The position numbers and the translations under genes are program-made. The notes under the pieces are model-generated. The model was not told the origin of the DNA. It saw only the letters and a program-made list of their open reading frames with translations, and ran no database searches. From IMG/VR virus record IMGVR_UViG_3300030117_005941, positions 1 through 64,000 of that record: DNA of 64,000 nt; one strand, written 5' to 3'. Numbering within the stretch: position 1 is the first letter of the stretch; each line of letters opens with the position of its first letter. Positions 54,671 to 64,000 of this stretch are shown piece after piece. The stretch is from an uncultured virus (IMG/VR IMGVR_UViG_3300030117_005941). Lineage: Duplodnaviria > Heunggongvirae > Uroviricota > Caudoviricetes.

Positions 54671-54949
54671 ATGAAAAAAAGTACATTAAAAAATCTAATT
54701 AAAGAAATACTCCAAGAACAACTACAAGGAGCTGCTGTAGTTCCTAATGCTTTTCCTGCTTCAGGAGGTAAAGTAGCAATAGTTTGTCCTGATGGTTATA
54801 ATTTTAAAAATGAAAATTTTCAAACATTAGGTCCTGTAGGGCCATCAACTCAAATTGTTCACATTGTTGAAGGGTGTATTCCAGATAAAAAAACATTTAC
54901 AGATAAATTTGGAAATACTGTAAGCCCTATTGGAGCAGGACCTGGTTAA
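54671..54949 (+). CDS. Hypothetical protein with putative head-targeting leader
   Basis: MKKSTLKNLIKEILQEQ. Confidence 0.6.
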   Translation: MKKSTLKNLIKEILQEQLQGAAVVPNAFPASGGKVAIVCPDGYNFKNENFQTLGPVGPSTQIVHIVEGCIPDKKTFTDKFGNTVSPIGAGPG

Positions 54950-54961
54950 AAAATAAAAAAA

Positions 54962-55390
54962 ATGAAATGGTTATATAAAGGATCAGAAATCAATGAAATT
55001 TCTGATCTACCAAACAATGCCTTCGGCTTTGTTTATCAAACAACTCACTTACCTACAAATAAAAAATACATTGGTAAAAAGTCTTTAATGTATAATTTAA
55101 AGAAAAAATTAGGTAAAAAAGAAAAAGCACTTTGGGAAGGTAAAGGTCGCCCACCTGTATATAAGAGGGTACTTAAAGAAAGTGATTGGAAAAATTACTA
55201 TGGTTCACATGGTTTTATTAAAGAAGCAAACGAAGAAGACTTAAAAAGAGAAATTTTAGAAATTGCTTACCATAAAAAAGAATTAACTTATCTTGAATGT
55301 AAATATCAGTTCACACTTGGTGTGCTTGAAAGTAGGTCTTACCTTAATGACAATATTCTCGGTAAATTTTTCGATAAAGATTTTGTTTAG
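54962..55390 (+). CDS. GIY-YIG-like (Seg-like) small protein
   Basis: FGFVY.......KKYIGKK, SDW..YYGS, REIL, E, YLNDNI. Confidence 0.7.
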   Translation: MKWLYKGSEINEISDLPNNAFGFVYQTTHLPTNKKYIGKKSLMYNLKKKLGKKEKALWEGKGRPPVYKRVLKESDWKNYYGSHGFIKEANEEDLKREILEIAYHKKELTYLECKYQFTLGVLESRSYLNDNILGKFFDKDFV

Positions 55391-55416
55391 TTACTTATTT
55401 TTCATACAATAATAGT

Positions 55417-56337
55417 ATGAAGGAAGATCTTTTAAAACAACTATTAGAATCTGTATTAGGTAGAAGTAAATCAGCTAGAGGAGGTGATGAAGCTGTATTT
55501 ACTTGTCCTAGTTGTAATCATCATAAAAAGAAACTTACATTTAATTTACAATCACAAAAATTTCAATGTTGGGTTTGTGGTTATAAAGGTCATAGAGCTT
55601 ATCAATTACTTAAAAAAGCTAAAGCTCCGGGATCTACTTATTCAACCTTAAAAGAAATAGATTCACAATATAATTTTAAACAACAAATAGTTAAAAAACA
55701 AGAATTAACCTTTAATTTACCTGAAGGTGTTCAACCTTTAATTTCTTCATCTGCTGTATTATCAAGACATGCTTTACATTATTTAGATCAAAGAGGTATA
55801 TCACAACAAGATATAGTTAAATATGATATACATTATAGTGAACAGGGTGATTTAAAAAATATGGTAGTAATCCCTTCATATGATGCAAATGGTATACTTA
55901 ATTATTATGTAGGTAGATCATTTGATAAAAACGCATATATTAAACATAAATTAGCTCCTACAACAAAGGATATAGTTGGTTTTGAAATGTATATAAACTG
56001 GGATTTACCGTTAATTTTATGTGAAGGAGTATTCGATGCAATGACAATTAAACGTAATGCTATACCTTTATTTGGTAAAAAAATATCATCATCATTAATG
56101 AAAAAAATTATTAAAAGTAATGTTAAAAAAATATATCTTGCTTTAGATGATGATGCTTTAAAGGATGCCCTTAAACATGCTGAAACATTTATAGGTTATG
56201 GAAAACGTATTTATTTTATAGAAATGCAAGGTAAAGATCCTAACGAATTAGGATTTAATAAATTTACAAAATTACTACATAAAGCTACAGAACTTACTAC
56301 TTCAAGTTTAATGAAAAAAAGAATGGCCTTATTGTAG
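55417..56337 (+). CDS. DNA primase (Zn finger plus TOPRIM)
   Basis: CPSC...CWVC, YL..RGI, EGVFD, LALDDDA, KDPNE. Confidence 0.88.
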   Translation: MKEDLLKQLLESVLGRSKSARGGDEAVFTCPSCNHHKKKLTFNLQSQKFQCWVCGYKGHRAYQLLKKAKAPGSTYSTLKEIDSQYNFKQQIVKKQELTFNLPEGVQPLISSSAVLSRHALHYLDQRGISQQDIVKYDIHYSEQGDLKNMVVIPSYDANGILNYYVGRSFDKNAYIKHKLAPTTKDIVGFEMYINWDLPLILCEGVFDAMTIKRNAIPLFGKKISSSLMKKIIKSNVKKIYLALDDDALKDALKHAETFIGYGKRIYFIEMQGKDPNELGFNKFTKLLHKATELTTSSLMKKRMALL

Positions 56338-56343
56338 TTTTTT

Positions 56344-56353
56344 ATATTTATAA
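56344..56353 (+). promoter_or_regulatory. Block B promoter-like motif ATATTTATAA
   Basis: Intergenic, upstream of 56371. Confidence 0.6.
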
Positions 56354-56370
56354 CAAAAACTAACCATTAA

Positions 56371-59300
56371 ATGGAAAAAATTGCAATTTTACCTGGAGGG
56401 TTTAAACCTCCCCATGCTGGTCATTACAATATGGCTAAATGGTTAGCTAATAATACTGACGCAGATACAATAGTAGTTAAAATAGGATCAGGAGTAAGAG
56501 ACGGAATTACAAGAGAAATATCCCTTAAATTATGGAATTTGTATAGAACTTCAGATCCTGATGATACTAGTATTTCAATTTTACCTTCAGAATCTCCTTC
56601 TCCCGTAAGAGATGTTTACGATTTTATAGAACAAGAAGCTCCTGAAGGATCTACTGTTTATTTAGGAATGGGAGAAAAAGATATAGATGATCAAAGATTT
56701 AAAAATATAGGAAAATTTGCGGATCCTAAAAATATAAAATTTGAAACTGTATTAGTACCTCCACAAGCAGGAGGAGTTTCAGGTACTGAAATGAGGAGTT
56801 TTATAAAAAATAATGATAAAAAAAGCTTTCAAAAATATTTACCTGACCATTTAACATCTGATCAAGAAGAAGAAGCATGGGATATAGTAACTTCTATAAA
56901 TGAAGATTTATATGACCCAAATGATCATTATAGAGATTTTGCAAAAACAAATGATCCTAATCCTAAAAAACCAATATCACCTTCTTACAAATACCATAGA
57001 GCAGGAGTGTATGGAAGAATGTATGAGCAACAAGGAGGAAAAACTTTAAGAGTATATGATTTTGATGATACTTTAGCTATTACTAGAGGGGCTAACATAA
57101 AAGTAAAACATGAAGATGGTACTATTGATACTTTAGATCCTGCTGAATTTGCTGTTTATCAAGAACAACCAGGAGATAAATTTGATTTTACTGAATTTGA
57201 TAGTGTAATTAAAGAAGCTACCCCTATTCAACACATAGTAGACATGTTAAAAAAAGATGTCAATGATGCTAGTGTAGATAAAGTAACAATTTTAACAGCT
57301 CGTTTATTAGCTTATCCTGTTAAAAGATATTTAAGAGAAGAATTAGGATTAGATGTTTACGTTGTAGCTGTAGGATCTTCAGACCCCTTAGATAAAGCTA
57401 CTTGGATAGAAGACCATATTCTTAAAGGGTATAATGATATAATGTTTATTGATGATTCTGAACCAAATAGAAAAGCAGTAAGTAAATTAAAAGATATCCA
57501 TTCTGATATAAAATTAGATGTTTTTCATCCTCATGAACTTAATGAAGAAATGTATGGGATGATGACTAAGCGAGAAAAAGCTAGACATAAAAGAAAACTA
57601 AAAAAAATAAAAAAAGATCTTAAAAGACTTGATAAAAAAAATAGATATTATGAAGTACCTAAAAGTTGGAGAGGATCACTTACAAGAAAATATAAAAGAA
57701 AAAGAAGAAGAAAAAGAAGAAAAAGAAGAAAAATGAATGAAAATGCTACTGCCTCAATAAAAGGTCAATTTATACCTTTAGAGGTAATGGATACTCCTGA
57801 ATTACAAGTACAAGGAATGATGGGAAGAGATAAATTAGAAGGGGGTATGGTTTTTCCTTATGATGGGATAGATAAAAGAACTTTTCATACCCAAAATTGT
57901 AAAATTCCTTTAGATATAATTTTTATAGCAGATAATGAAGTTACTAAAATATTTCATGATTGCCCTCCTTGTCAAGAAAAACAATGTCCTAAATATTCAG
58001 GAAGAGCAGATAATGTTTTAGAATTGCCTGGAGGTTATTGTGAAGAAAATAATATAAATGTAGGAGATCAAATAGGACTTAATACTTATAATTTACCTAA
58101 ACCTTTATCTGAACAAAAAGAATATAGACCTTTTAAAGATAAACTTATACAAAGATATGTAAAAGCTTGTAATTGTAAAGTTTTAGATAAATTTGGAAAT
58201 TGCCCTAGAGACTTTTTTCCTTATTGGCTTAATTGTACTATTGATGGAGATACTCCTAAAGTAGGAGATACTTTCATTTATCCTATAAATAATCATAAAG
58301 TAAAAGTACATAAAGTACAAATGGGTTTTGATGCTCCGGTTGTCGTAACAGATGTAGAAAGTACTAATTGTGGTGTAGGACCTAGAGAAAGAAAACTTAC
58401 TAAAAAAGAAAATATAGACCCTAAATCACAAGCTAAACATAAAGGTAAATCTGCTCCTTATGGTTCTGCTTATGAACCTGTTAATGAAGCCGATCCTAAA
58501 AAAGGAACAGGTAAAAAACCTAAAGGATCAGGAAGAAGATTATATACAGACGAAAATCCTAAAGATACAGTTAAAGTAAAATTTTCAACAAGACAAGATA
58601 TAGTAGACACTTTAAATAAAAAATCTTTTAAAAGCAAACCACATAAACGTCAATCTCAAATTATAAATTTAATTCATCAAAGGGTAAGAGCTGCTTTAAG
58701 TAGAACAAAAGATCCACAAAAGAAAAAAAGTTTAAAATCAGCTTTTGAATATATTAAAAAACGTAAAGAAGCTTCTAAGAAAAAAACACAACGAATGAAA
58801 AAAGAAAATGTGTTTACTAAAGGATGGTGGAAAGATACCTTAAATGAAATATTGTTAAAAGAGGGAGGAGCAGCAGGACATATGGCACATCCTTTTAATT
58901 TACCAGATGTTAATTCAGGTAGTGATTTAAAGGATATATTTAATAAATCAGCAGAATCTCTTCAAAATAATCCAGGTTCAGTAAAAATAGATGGAGTAAA
59001 TAGTTCTATTCGTTTAATAGATTTAGATGGTGAAAAACAATTTGTGATGGATAGAGGTTCTAAAAAAGAACTTGATATAAAAGGTATTACTAAAGATGAT
59101 TTATTAGATAGGTTTGGAGATGGACATGGAATGGTTAAAATAGGAGGAGAAGTATTGGATATGTTTAATAATGCATTACCTTCTATAAAAAATGATTTAG
59201 AAAAATTAGGAGTTTATGATGATCCTAATATATTATTTAACATGGAATATGTTAGTGGAAAAACTAATGTACAAGATTATGGTTCTAATTTTATAGCAAT

Positions 59301-59916
59301 ACATGGTTTAAATAAAATAGAAAGTAAAGAAGTAGAGGGTAAAAGAGGACCTTTAATTAAAAGAGTATCTTCTGAAGTGTCTTATGATAAGTCCGCTTTA
59401 CAATCACTTTTAGATAATTTAGCACCAACAGCTAAAGAACAAGGATTTGAAGTGTATGGTTCTGTACCTACAGAAATGAGTAAAAAACCTAATTTTTCAT
59501 CAGCACTTTCTCAAAATTATACAATAGTGTCTAATGAAGGAGAAAAAACACAAACATTAGATCAATGGTTAAATGAATTAAATAACATTCCTGAAGAAGA
59601 TTTTATATTTATGAATGTAGACAACTCTAAAAAGAAAGTTGGGGCTGTCTCTAAATTAGTATATACTACACTCCTTAAAGGAGATAACATAGATGAGTTG
59701 TTTGAATCTGAAGAAGATAAACAAAAAGCTATTGAAGGTTTTACAACTTATCTTGCAACTGAAAAATTAGGTGATGAAGTACTTAAAGTATTAAATTCAC
59801 CTATGGGTTCAGTTGATAACCATGAAGGAGTAGTAATAAGAGATGAAAATATAGCAAATGTACCATTTAAAATTACAGGTAAATTTATTTTAGGTGGGAT
59901 GGCCTCAGATTTTTAA
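56371..59916 (+). CDS. Multidomain polyprotein: HxGH nucleotidyltransferase, HAD-like hydrolase, Arg/Lys-rich segment, DUF192-like domain, KxDG ligase-like domain
   Basis: GGFKPPHAGH...SGTEMR; YDFDDTL...ILTAR...FIDDS; GMMGR...GMVF...IPLDIIFI...VLELPGG; GHMAHP...VKIDG...HEGVVIR...FKITG. Confidence 0.8.
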   Translation: MEKIAILPGGFKPPHAGHYNMAKWLANNTDADTIVVKIGSGVRDGITREISLKLWNLYRTSDPDDTSISILPSESPSPVRDVYDFIEQEAPEGSTVYLGMGEKDIDDQRFKNIGKFADPKNIKFETVLVPPQAGGVSGTEMRSFIKNNDKKSFQKYLPDHLTSDQEEEAWDIVTSINEDLYDPNDHYRDFAKTNDPNPKKPISPSYKYHRAGVYGRMYEQQGGKTLRVYDFDDTLAITRGANIKVKHEDGTIDTLDPAEFAVYQEQPGDKFDFTEFDSVIKEATPIQHIVDMLKKDVNDASVDKVTILTARLLAYPVKRYLREELGLDVYVVAVGSSDPLDKATWIEDHILKGYNDIMFIDDSEPNRKAVSKLKDIHSDIKLDVFHPHELNEEMYGMMTKREKARHKRKLKKIKKDLKRLDKKNRYYEVPKSWRGSLTRKYKRKRRRKRRKRRKMNENATASIKGQFIPLEVMDTPELQVQGMMGRDKLEGGMVFPYDGIDKRTFHTQNCKIPLDIIFIADNEVTKIFHDCPPCQEKQCPKYSGRADNVLELPGGYCEENNINVGDQIGLNTYNLPKPLSEQKEYRPFKDKLIQRYVKACNCKVLDKFGNCPRDFFPYWLNCTIDGDTPKVGDTFIYPINNHKVKVHKVQMGFDAPVVVTDVESTNCGVGPRERKLTKKENIDPKSQAKHKGKSAPYGSAYEPVNEADPKKGTGKKPKGSGRRLYTDENPKDTVKVKFSTRQDIVDTLNKKSFKSKPHKRQSQIINLIHQRVRAALSRTKDPQKKKSLKSAFEYIKKRKEASKKKTQRMKKENVFTKGWWKDTLNEILLKEGGAAGHMAHPFNLPDVNSGSDLKDIFNKSAESLQNNPGSVKIDGVNSSIRLIDLDGEKQFVMDRGSKKELDIKGITKDDLLDRFGDGHGMVKIGGEVLDMFNNALPSIKNDLEKLGVYDDPNILFNMEYVSGKTNVQDYGSNFIAIHGLNKIESKEVEGKRGPLIKRVSSEVSYDKSALQSLLDNLAPTAKEQGFEVYGSVPTEMSKKPNFSSALSQNYTIVSNEGEKTQTLDQWLNELNNIPEEDFIFMNVDNSKKKVGAVSKLVYTTLLKGDNIDELFESEEDKQKAIEGFTTYLATEKLGDEVLKVLNSPMGSVDNHEGVVIRDENIANVPFKITGKFILGGMASDF

Positions 59917-59919
59917 AAT

Positions 59920-62900
59920 ATGAAAAAAACAATTTTACGTAGAATTAGACAAAAAGCACATAAGTTACTAAAAGAACAAAAAATATTTGATCAAGAATAT
60001 TTTAGTAATATATTAAAACCACCAACAAGTCCTTTTGACTTAGTATCAAAAATACCAAAACCTGATAAAGATCAACCATATCCTTTTGGAAATGGAATAG
60101 CAGTCCAATGTAAAAATCAACAACCTGCCTTTGAATTATTTTATGTAGTTTGTCAAGATGGTGGAGATCTTGGACCTCAATGTGAATGTGAACAATATGA
60201 AGTAACTGCTGATTGGATTTGTTGTGATGGTGTTGACAGTTTTACAAATCCTGGATTTGTCCCTTATCCAGGTCAATCATATGCAGGTGATGATAGTCTT
60301 TATTGTATGGCAGCACCTGGTACTCCAAATACTTTTGAAAATTATAAAGAAGCTCTTTTACAAAATGCTTGGATAATAAATATTAATTTTAGTAATTGGA
60401 TAGCAGATGGTTTGCTTAATTTTCAAAGTGGACCTGGAGACATACCTGTTGTAGGAACAGGTTATTTATCTGAAGAATGTCCTGGATGTATGATAACACA
60501 ACCTGCACCTCTTTCAGGTAATAATTTAGACATAGCAAATCAACAAAATATGCCTGATAATTTATCAATGGTACATGATGGTTCATGTGTGTTTGAATGG
60601 TGTAATACTCCAGAAGCAGACAATTATTTTTGTAATTCTGAATTAGCCTCAGAAGATATAGCAGGAATAAATATTAGTTTTAGTGATTGGTGTGTTCCTA
60701 ATGAAGATGGAATTTTAGTTCTTGATACTGCTATAGGAATTGTACAAGAAGGAGAACTAACTGAATGTTATGTTGGTGGTTGTACAGATAATGGAACCTT
60801 AACTGCTGAAGTTTGGGCTGCAGAATATGCAGGAACAACTCAAACATTAGGAGATGGTACTGGTGTATTACCAGATGAATATCCAGGAATGCCTGGAGCT
60901 GATAACTATGATCCTTTAGCTACTGTAGATGATGGTTCATGTATATATGATGGAGATGAAGATGGAGTTTTCTCATTTGATGAAGTAGATGGCTGTACAG
61001 ATCCTTCAGCTTTTAATTATAATGAAAATGCATCTGAAGATGATGGTACATGTGTACCTATAATTTATGGTTGTACAGATTCATTAGCTTTTAACTTTGA
61101 TGAAGAAGCTAATACTTTATGTGAAGATCCTCCAAATCAAATTAATATAGACCTAAATGGTAATGAAGAAGAATGTATAGAATGTATAGAAAATTTAGGT
61201 GGTTGTACAGATAATAGTGCAACTAACTATAACCCTGATGCTACTTTTGATGATGATTCATGTTGTTATAATCCAGGTTGTACAGATGTAAATGCTTGTA
61301 ATTATAGTGAAGCTGCTTGTTTTGATGATGGTTCTTGTGAATATGAATCATGTTTAGGTTGTACAATAATTGGATTTAATGGTGATGCTTCAGGTATAGG
61401 TGCTTATAGTGCTGCTAACAGTACAACATTAAGTGTACCTACTATAGATTATTGTGTTTATAGTGGTTGTTTAAATAGTGAACAAAATGAAGATGGGTCA
61501 TATGTTTATGAAAATTATGTTTGTAATGGAGATTATGCTCAATTTTTGTGTACATCTATTGATATTGATGGTGATGGAGCTCCAGATTTAGGGGTCCCAA
61601 TGAGTCAAGAAAGTATAGATCAATATGGTCTTAGTATGGAACCTATAGGTATTTTTGTTGATAAAGGAACTTGTCAATTAGCTCCTGTATTAGGATGTAC
61701 AAATCCTGATGCTGAAAATTTTAATCCTGATGCAACTGAAGATGATGGTTCATGTGAATTTATTCTAGGATGTATGGAAAATACAACAGCTGATTGGAGT
61801 TTAGAACCTAATGGATTTATAGTAACTAACTACCAACCAGATGCAACTCAAAATTTTGGCTGTAATTACGTTGTTTGTTTAGATGGAAATGCTGACAACT
61901 ATGTATGTGATGCAGAAGATGGTGTACCATATCTATGTTTACAAAATACAGGAGACCCTAATCAAGATTTAGATGATGACTTTATAGATAGTATAGGTGC
62001 TACTATTGAAGATTGTAATTATAATGATCAAAATATATTTGATGCTTCAGGTACAAATACTTGTTGTTTTAACATTATTCCAGGATGTATGCAAGGAGGA
62101 AATACTATTACTAACCCAGGAAATCTTACAGCTGACAATTATGATCCAAATGCTAACGTAGAATGTGTTGATCCTCCAAACCAAGAAGATAATGACACAG
62201 GCCTTCCTTGTGAACCTTGTATATTTTCAGGATGCCCAGATCCAACAGCATGTAATAGTATAGTAGGTACTAATATGTTTGGTCTGTTAGGTTATGAAGC
62301 ATGGGTATATAATGATGATGGTTCATGTGAATATCCTGACACTTGTAATGATTGTGATGGAAATTACTTAACTGATGGATGTACTGATGAAGCAGCATGT
62401 AACTATGATCCAACAGCAGAATGTGGACCTAATGATCAACTTTGTGATTATGGTTGCTATGGTTGTACAGATGAAGCTGCTGCTAATTATGATCAACTAG
62501 CTACTATGGATGATGGTAGTTGTGAGTATGATGAAATGTGTTGGGATATAACAATAACACAATGTAATGCAGCTTATTTATCATTTGCTTATCAAATTGC
62601 TGAACTAGAAGGAACTAGAGCTCCTGGTGGTCCTGATATGTGGACAAATGTAACACTTAGATGTGTGTCTATAGGATACCCATCAGCTGCAACTGAAATT
62701 GGACCTAATGCTCCTGATGGAGAATTTGGAGGTAACCCACCTTTTGTAGATGGAACAAGCCCTAATGGTTTAGGAGAATATGTTGTTTATGAAGGTTTTA
62801 CAGCACAAATGGAAGGAGGACCTGGAGATGATTTAGGAATACCTTACGTACCAGCAGCTGTATGTCCTACTGATGCTTTACCTTTAGGTGCTAGTTTAAT

Positions 62901-63612
62901 GAATTTTAATTGGACACAATTTGATCCTAATGATTATGGTAATATAGGTCAAGGTGGTTGTTGTGTACCTGCATTAGTACATGTAGATTCTGCAGGACAT
63001 CCTAATGTTTATACAAATGCAGGTACATTGTCTGCAGGTACTAATTTTGGTGAACTTGTTCCTAATACAACTGGTCTTTCACAAGCAACAGCTGTTTGTA
63101 ATACTGAATCACCTTGTGCAATTGAGGTAGGTCCTAATAGTAACTATTATTGTAATGGAAATCCAACAACTACTATAGATTTTGATGAGGATGATTTTGA
63201 GCCAGATGATGATATAATATATAACCCACCTATTGATGAAGGATTAGTAAATGAACAAGCTGACATTCCAACAGGTCTTGGAGTATATGTTGATTATGGA
63301 GAACCTTATAGAGATGTACAATGGGGTCAGGATCCTGACGCAATTTGGAGAGTTACTAGCGTATCAGAACCTTATTCATCTACAGGAGAAGTACTTTATT
63401 TACCTACATCAACTGATGATGAATGTTATGAATACTCAATGAATGGACCATTTATGCAAGATGGTCAACCAGAGACAAGAGTTACAAGTACTAGTGATAA
63501 ATTTACAAATCCAAATAGATCTGTAAATCGCCCTATTAATAGAGATGTTCAAAGAACAATTAATGAAAGTAAAAGATTAAGAAAAGCTATTAAAAAAATA
63601 TTTAAAAAATAA
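59920..63612 (+). CDS. Cys/Asp-rich repeat protein with basic termini and no secretion signal
   Basis: About 15 GCTD..A.NY...DDGSC repeats; N-terminal LRRIRQKAHKLLKEQ, C-terminal INESKRLRKAIKKI. Confidence 0.75.
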   Translation: MKKTILRRIRQKAHKLLKEQKIFDQEYFSNILKPPTSPFDLVSKIPKPDKDQPYPFGNGIAVQCKNQQPAFELFYVVCQDGGDLGPQCECEQYEVTADWICCDGVDSFTNPGFVPYPGQSYAGDDSLYCMAAPGTPNTFENYKEALLQNAWIININFSNWIADGLLNFQSGPGDIPVVGTGYLSEECPGCMITQPAPLSGNNLDIANQQNMPDNLSMVHDGSCVFEWCNTPEADNYFCNSELASEDIAGINISFSDWCVPNEDGILVLDTAIGIVQEGELTECYVGGCTDNGTLTAEVWAAEYAGTTQTLGDGTGVLPDEYPGMPGADNYDPLATVDDGSCIYDGDEDGVFSFDEVDGCTDPSAFNYNENASEDDGTCVPIIYGCTDSLAFNFDEEANTLCEDPPNQINIDLNGNEEECIECIENLGGCTDNSATNYNPDATFDDDSCCYNPGCTDVNACNYSEAACFDDGSCEYESCLGCTIIGFNGDASGIGAYSAANSTTLSVPTIDYCVYSGCLNSEQNEDGSYVYENYVCNGDYAQFLCTSIDIDGDGAPDLGVPMSQESIDQYGLSMEPIGIFVDKGTCQLAPVLGCTNPDAENFNPDATEDDGSCEFILGCMENTTADWSLEPNGFIVTNYQPDATQNFGCNYVVCLDGNADNYVCDAEDGVPYLCLQNTGDPNQDLDDDFIDSIGATIEDCNYNDQNIFDASGTNTCCFNIIPGCMQGGNTITNPGNLTADNYDPNANVECVDPPNQEDNDTGLPCEPCIFSGCPDPTACNSIVGTNMFGLLGYEAWVYNDDGSCEYPDTCNDCDGNYLTDGCTDEAACNYDPTAECGPNDQLCDYGCYGCTDEAAANYDQLATMDDGSCEYDEMCWDITITQCNAAYLSFAYQIAELEGTRAPGGPDMWTNVTLRCVSIGYPSAATEIGPNAPDGEFGGNPPFVDGTSPNGLGEYVVYEGFTAQMEGGPGDDLGIPYVPAAVCPTDALPLGASLMNFNWTQFDPNDYGNIGQGGCCVPALVHVDSAGHPNVYTNAGTLSAGTNFGELVPNTTGLSQATAVCNTESPCAIEVGPNSNYYCNGNPTTTIDFDEDDFEPDDDIIYNPPIDEGLVNEQADIPTGLGVYVDYGEPYRDVQWGQDPDAIWRVTSVSEPYSSTGEVLYLPTSTDDECYEYSMNGPFMQDGQPETRVTSTSDKFTNPNRSVNRPINRDVQRTINESKRLRKAIKKIFKK

Positions 63613-63615
63613 GTT

Positions 63616-64000
63616 ATGTTAAAAAAAGAGTTTAAACGTAGAGATGTAGAAAGAATGAGAAACCTAATTAAAGGTGATGTTGGTTCTTCATCTGAAACTC
63701 AAATTGGTTACAATAAAAAAAGAATTGAATATAAAGAAGGAGACATTTGGACAGAAGGAAGAAAAACATGGACTATAAAAAATGGAATAAAAAAAACTGT
63801 ATCAAAATTAAGTTCAATAAGAAAAGAAATATTTACTCCCTTATGTTGTCCTAAATGTAGTAAAGTAATAAAACATCCTTTAGACAAGAGTAATTATAAA
63901 GTTCATAAAAAATGTCATGATTGTGTTATAGAATTTGAACATAAACTTAGAATAAAAGGTAAATATGATGATTATATAAAAAAATTAAAAACTAAAAATG
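63616..64000 (+). CDS. Zinc-finger protein, truncated by the window end
   Basis: MLKKEFKRRDVERMRNL...EGDIW...CPKC...CHDC; open to the end; not in the ORF track. Confidence 0.7.
   Translation, partial: MLKKEFKRRDVERMRNLIKGDVGSSSETQIGYNKKRIEYKEGDIWTEGRKTWTIKNGIKKTVSKLSSIRKEIFTPLCCPKCSKVIKHPLDKSNYKVHKKCHDCVIEFEHKLRIKGKYDDYIKKLKTKN

Noticed and set aside
54962..55390. Mobile homing endonuclease or intron
   Set aside because: Short, lacks a DNA-binding extension and does not interrupt a gene
1179..63442. Short nested or antisense ORFs in the track (e.g. 1978..2187, 10701..11009, 30811..31068, 50595..51038, 63251..63442)
   Set aside because: They lie within long genes, show antisense or off-frame composition and have no motifs
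1..64000. tRNA, rRNA, integrase, transposase, inteins
   Set aside because: Intergenic spaces are short and AT-rich and no such motifs were recognised by eye

Overview
AT-rich bacteriophage DNA, almost fully coding, read with the standard genetic code; the probable host is Bacteroidota. It falls into two blocks that look like different phage lineages. Block A (1 to about 29 kb) is crAss-like. It encodes a giant virion RNA polymerase (DFDID catalytic motif, zincin HExxH), which becomes one ORF of at least 4267 aa once a 7-nt overlap across the first N-gap is collapsed. It also encodes a second giant protein broken by a frameshift and a gap (degenerate zincin, PD-(D/E)xK nuclease with an inserted LysM), a class II ribonucleotide reductase, five small tandem paralogues, and a Cys-repeat protein with a signal peptide and a T9SS sorting domain. 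Block B (about 29.3 to 64 kb) resembles a large T4-like myovirus: gp55-like late sigma factor, HD hydrolase, split gp5-like hub with an M15 peptidase, gp25 and gp6-like baseplate, tail proteins, a GIY-YIG-like protein and a primase. Many block B proteins carry hydrophobic-x-E motifs resembling prohead-protease sites, including a 1181-aa multi-enzyme polyprotein. The promoter motif and codon style change between the blocks, so the window is either a chimeric scaffold joined in the Cys-repeat gene or an unusual hybrid. All family assignments come from motif recognition by eye; no searches were run.
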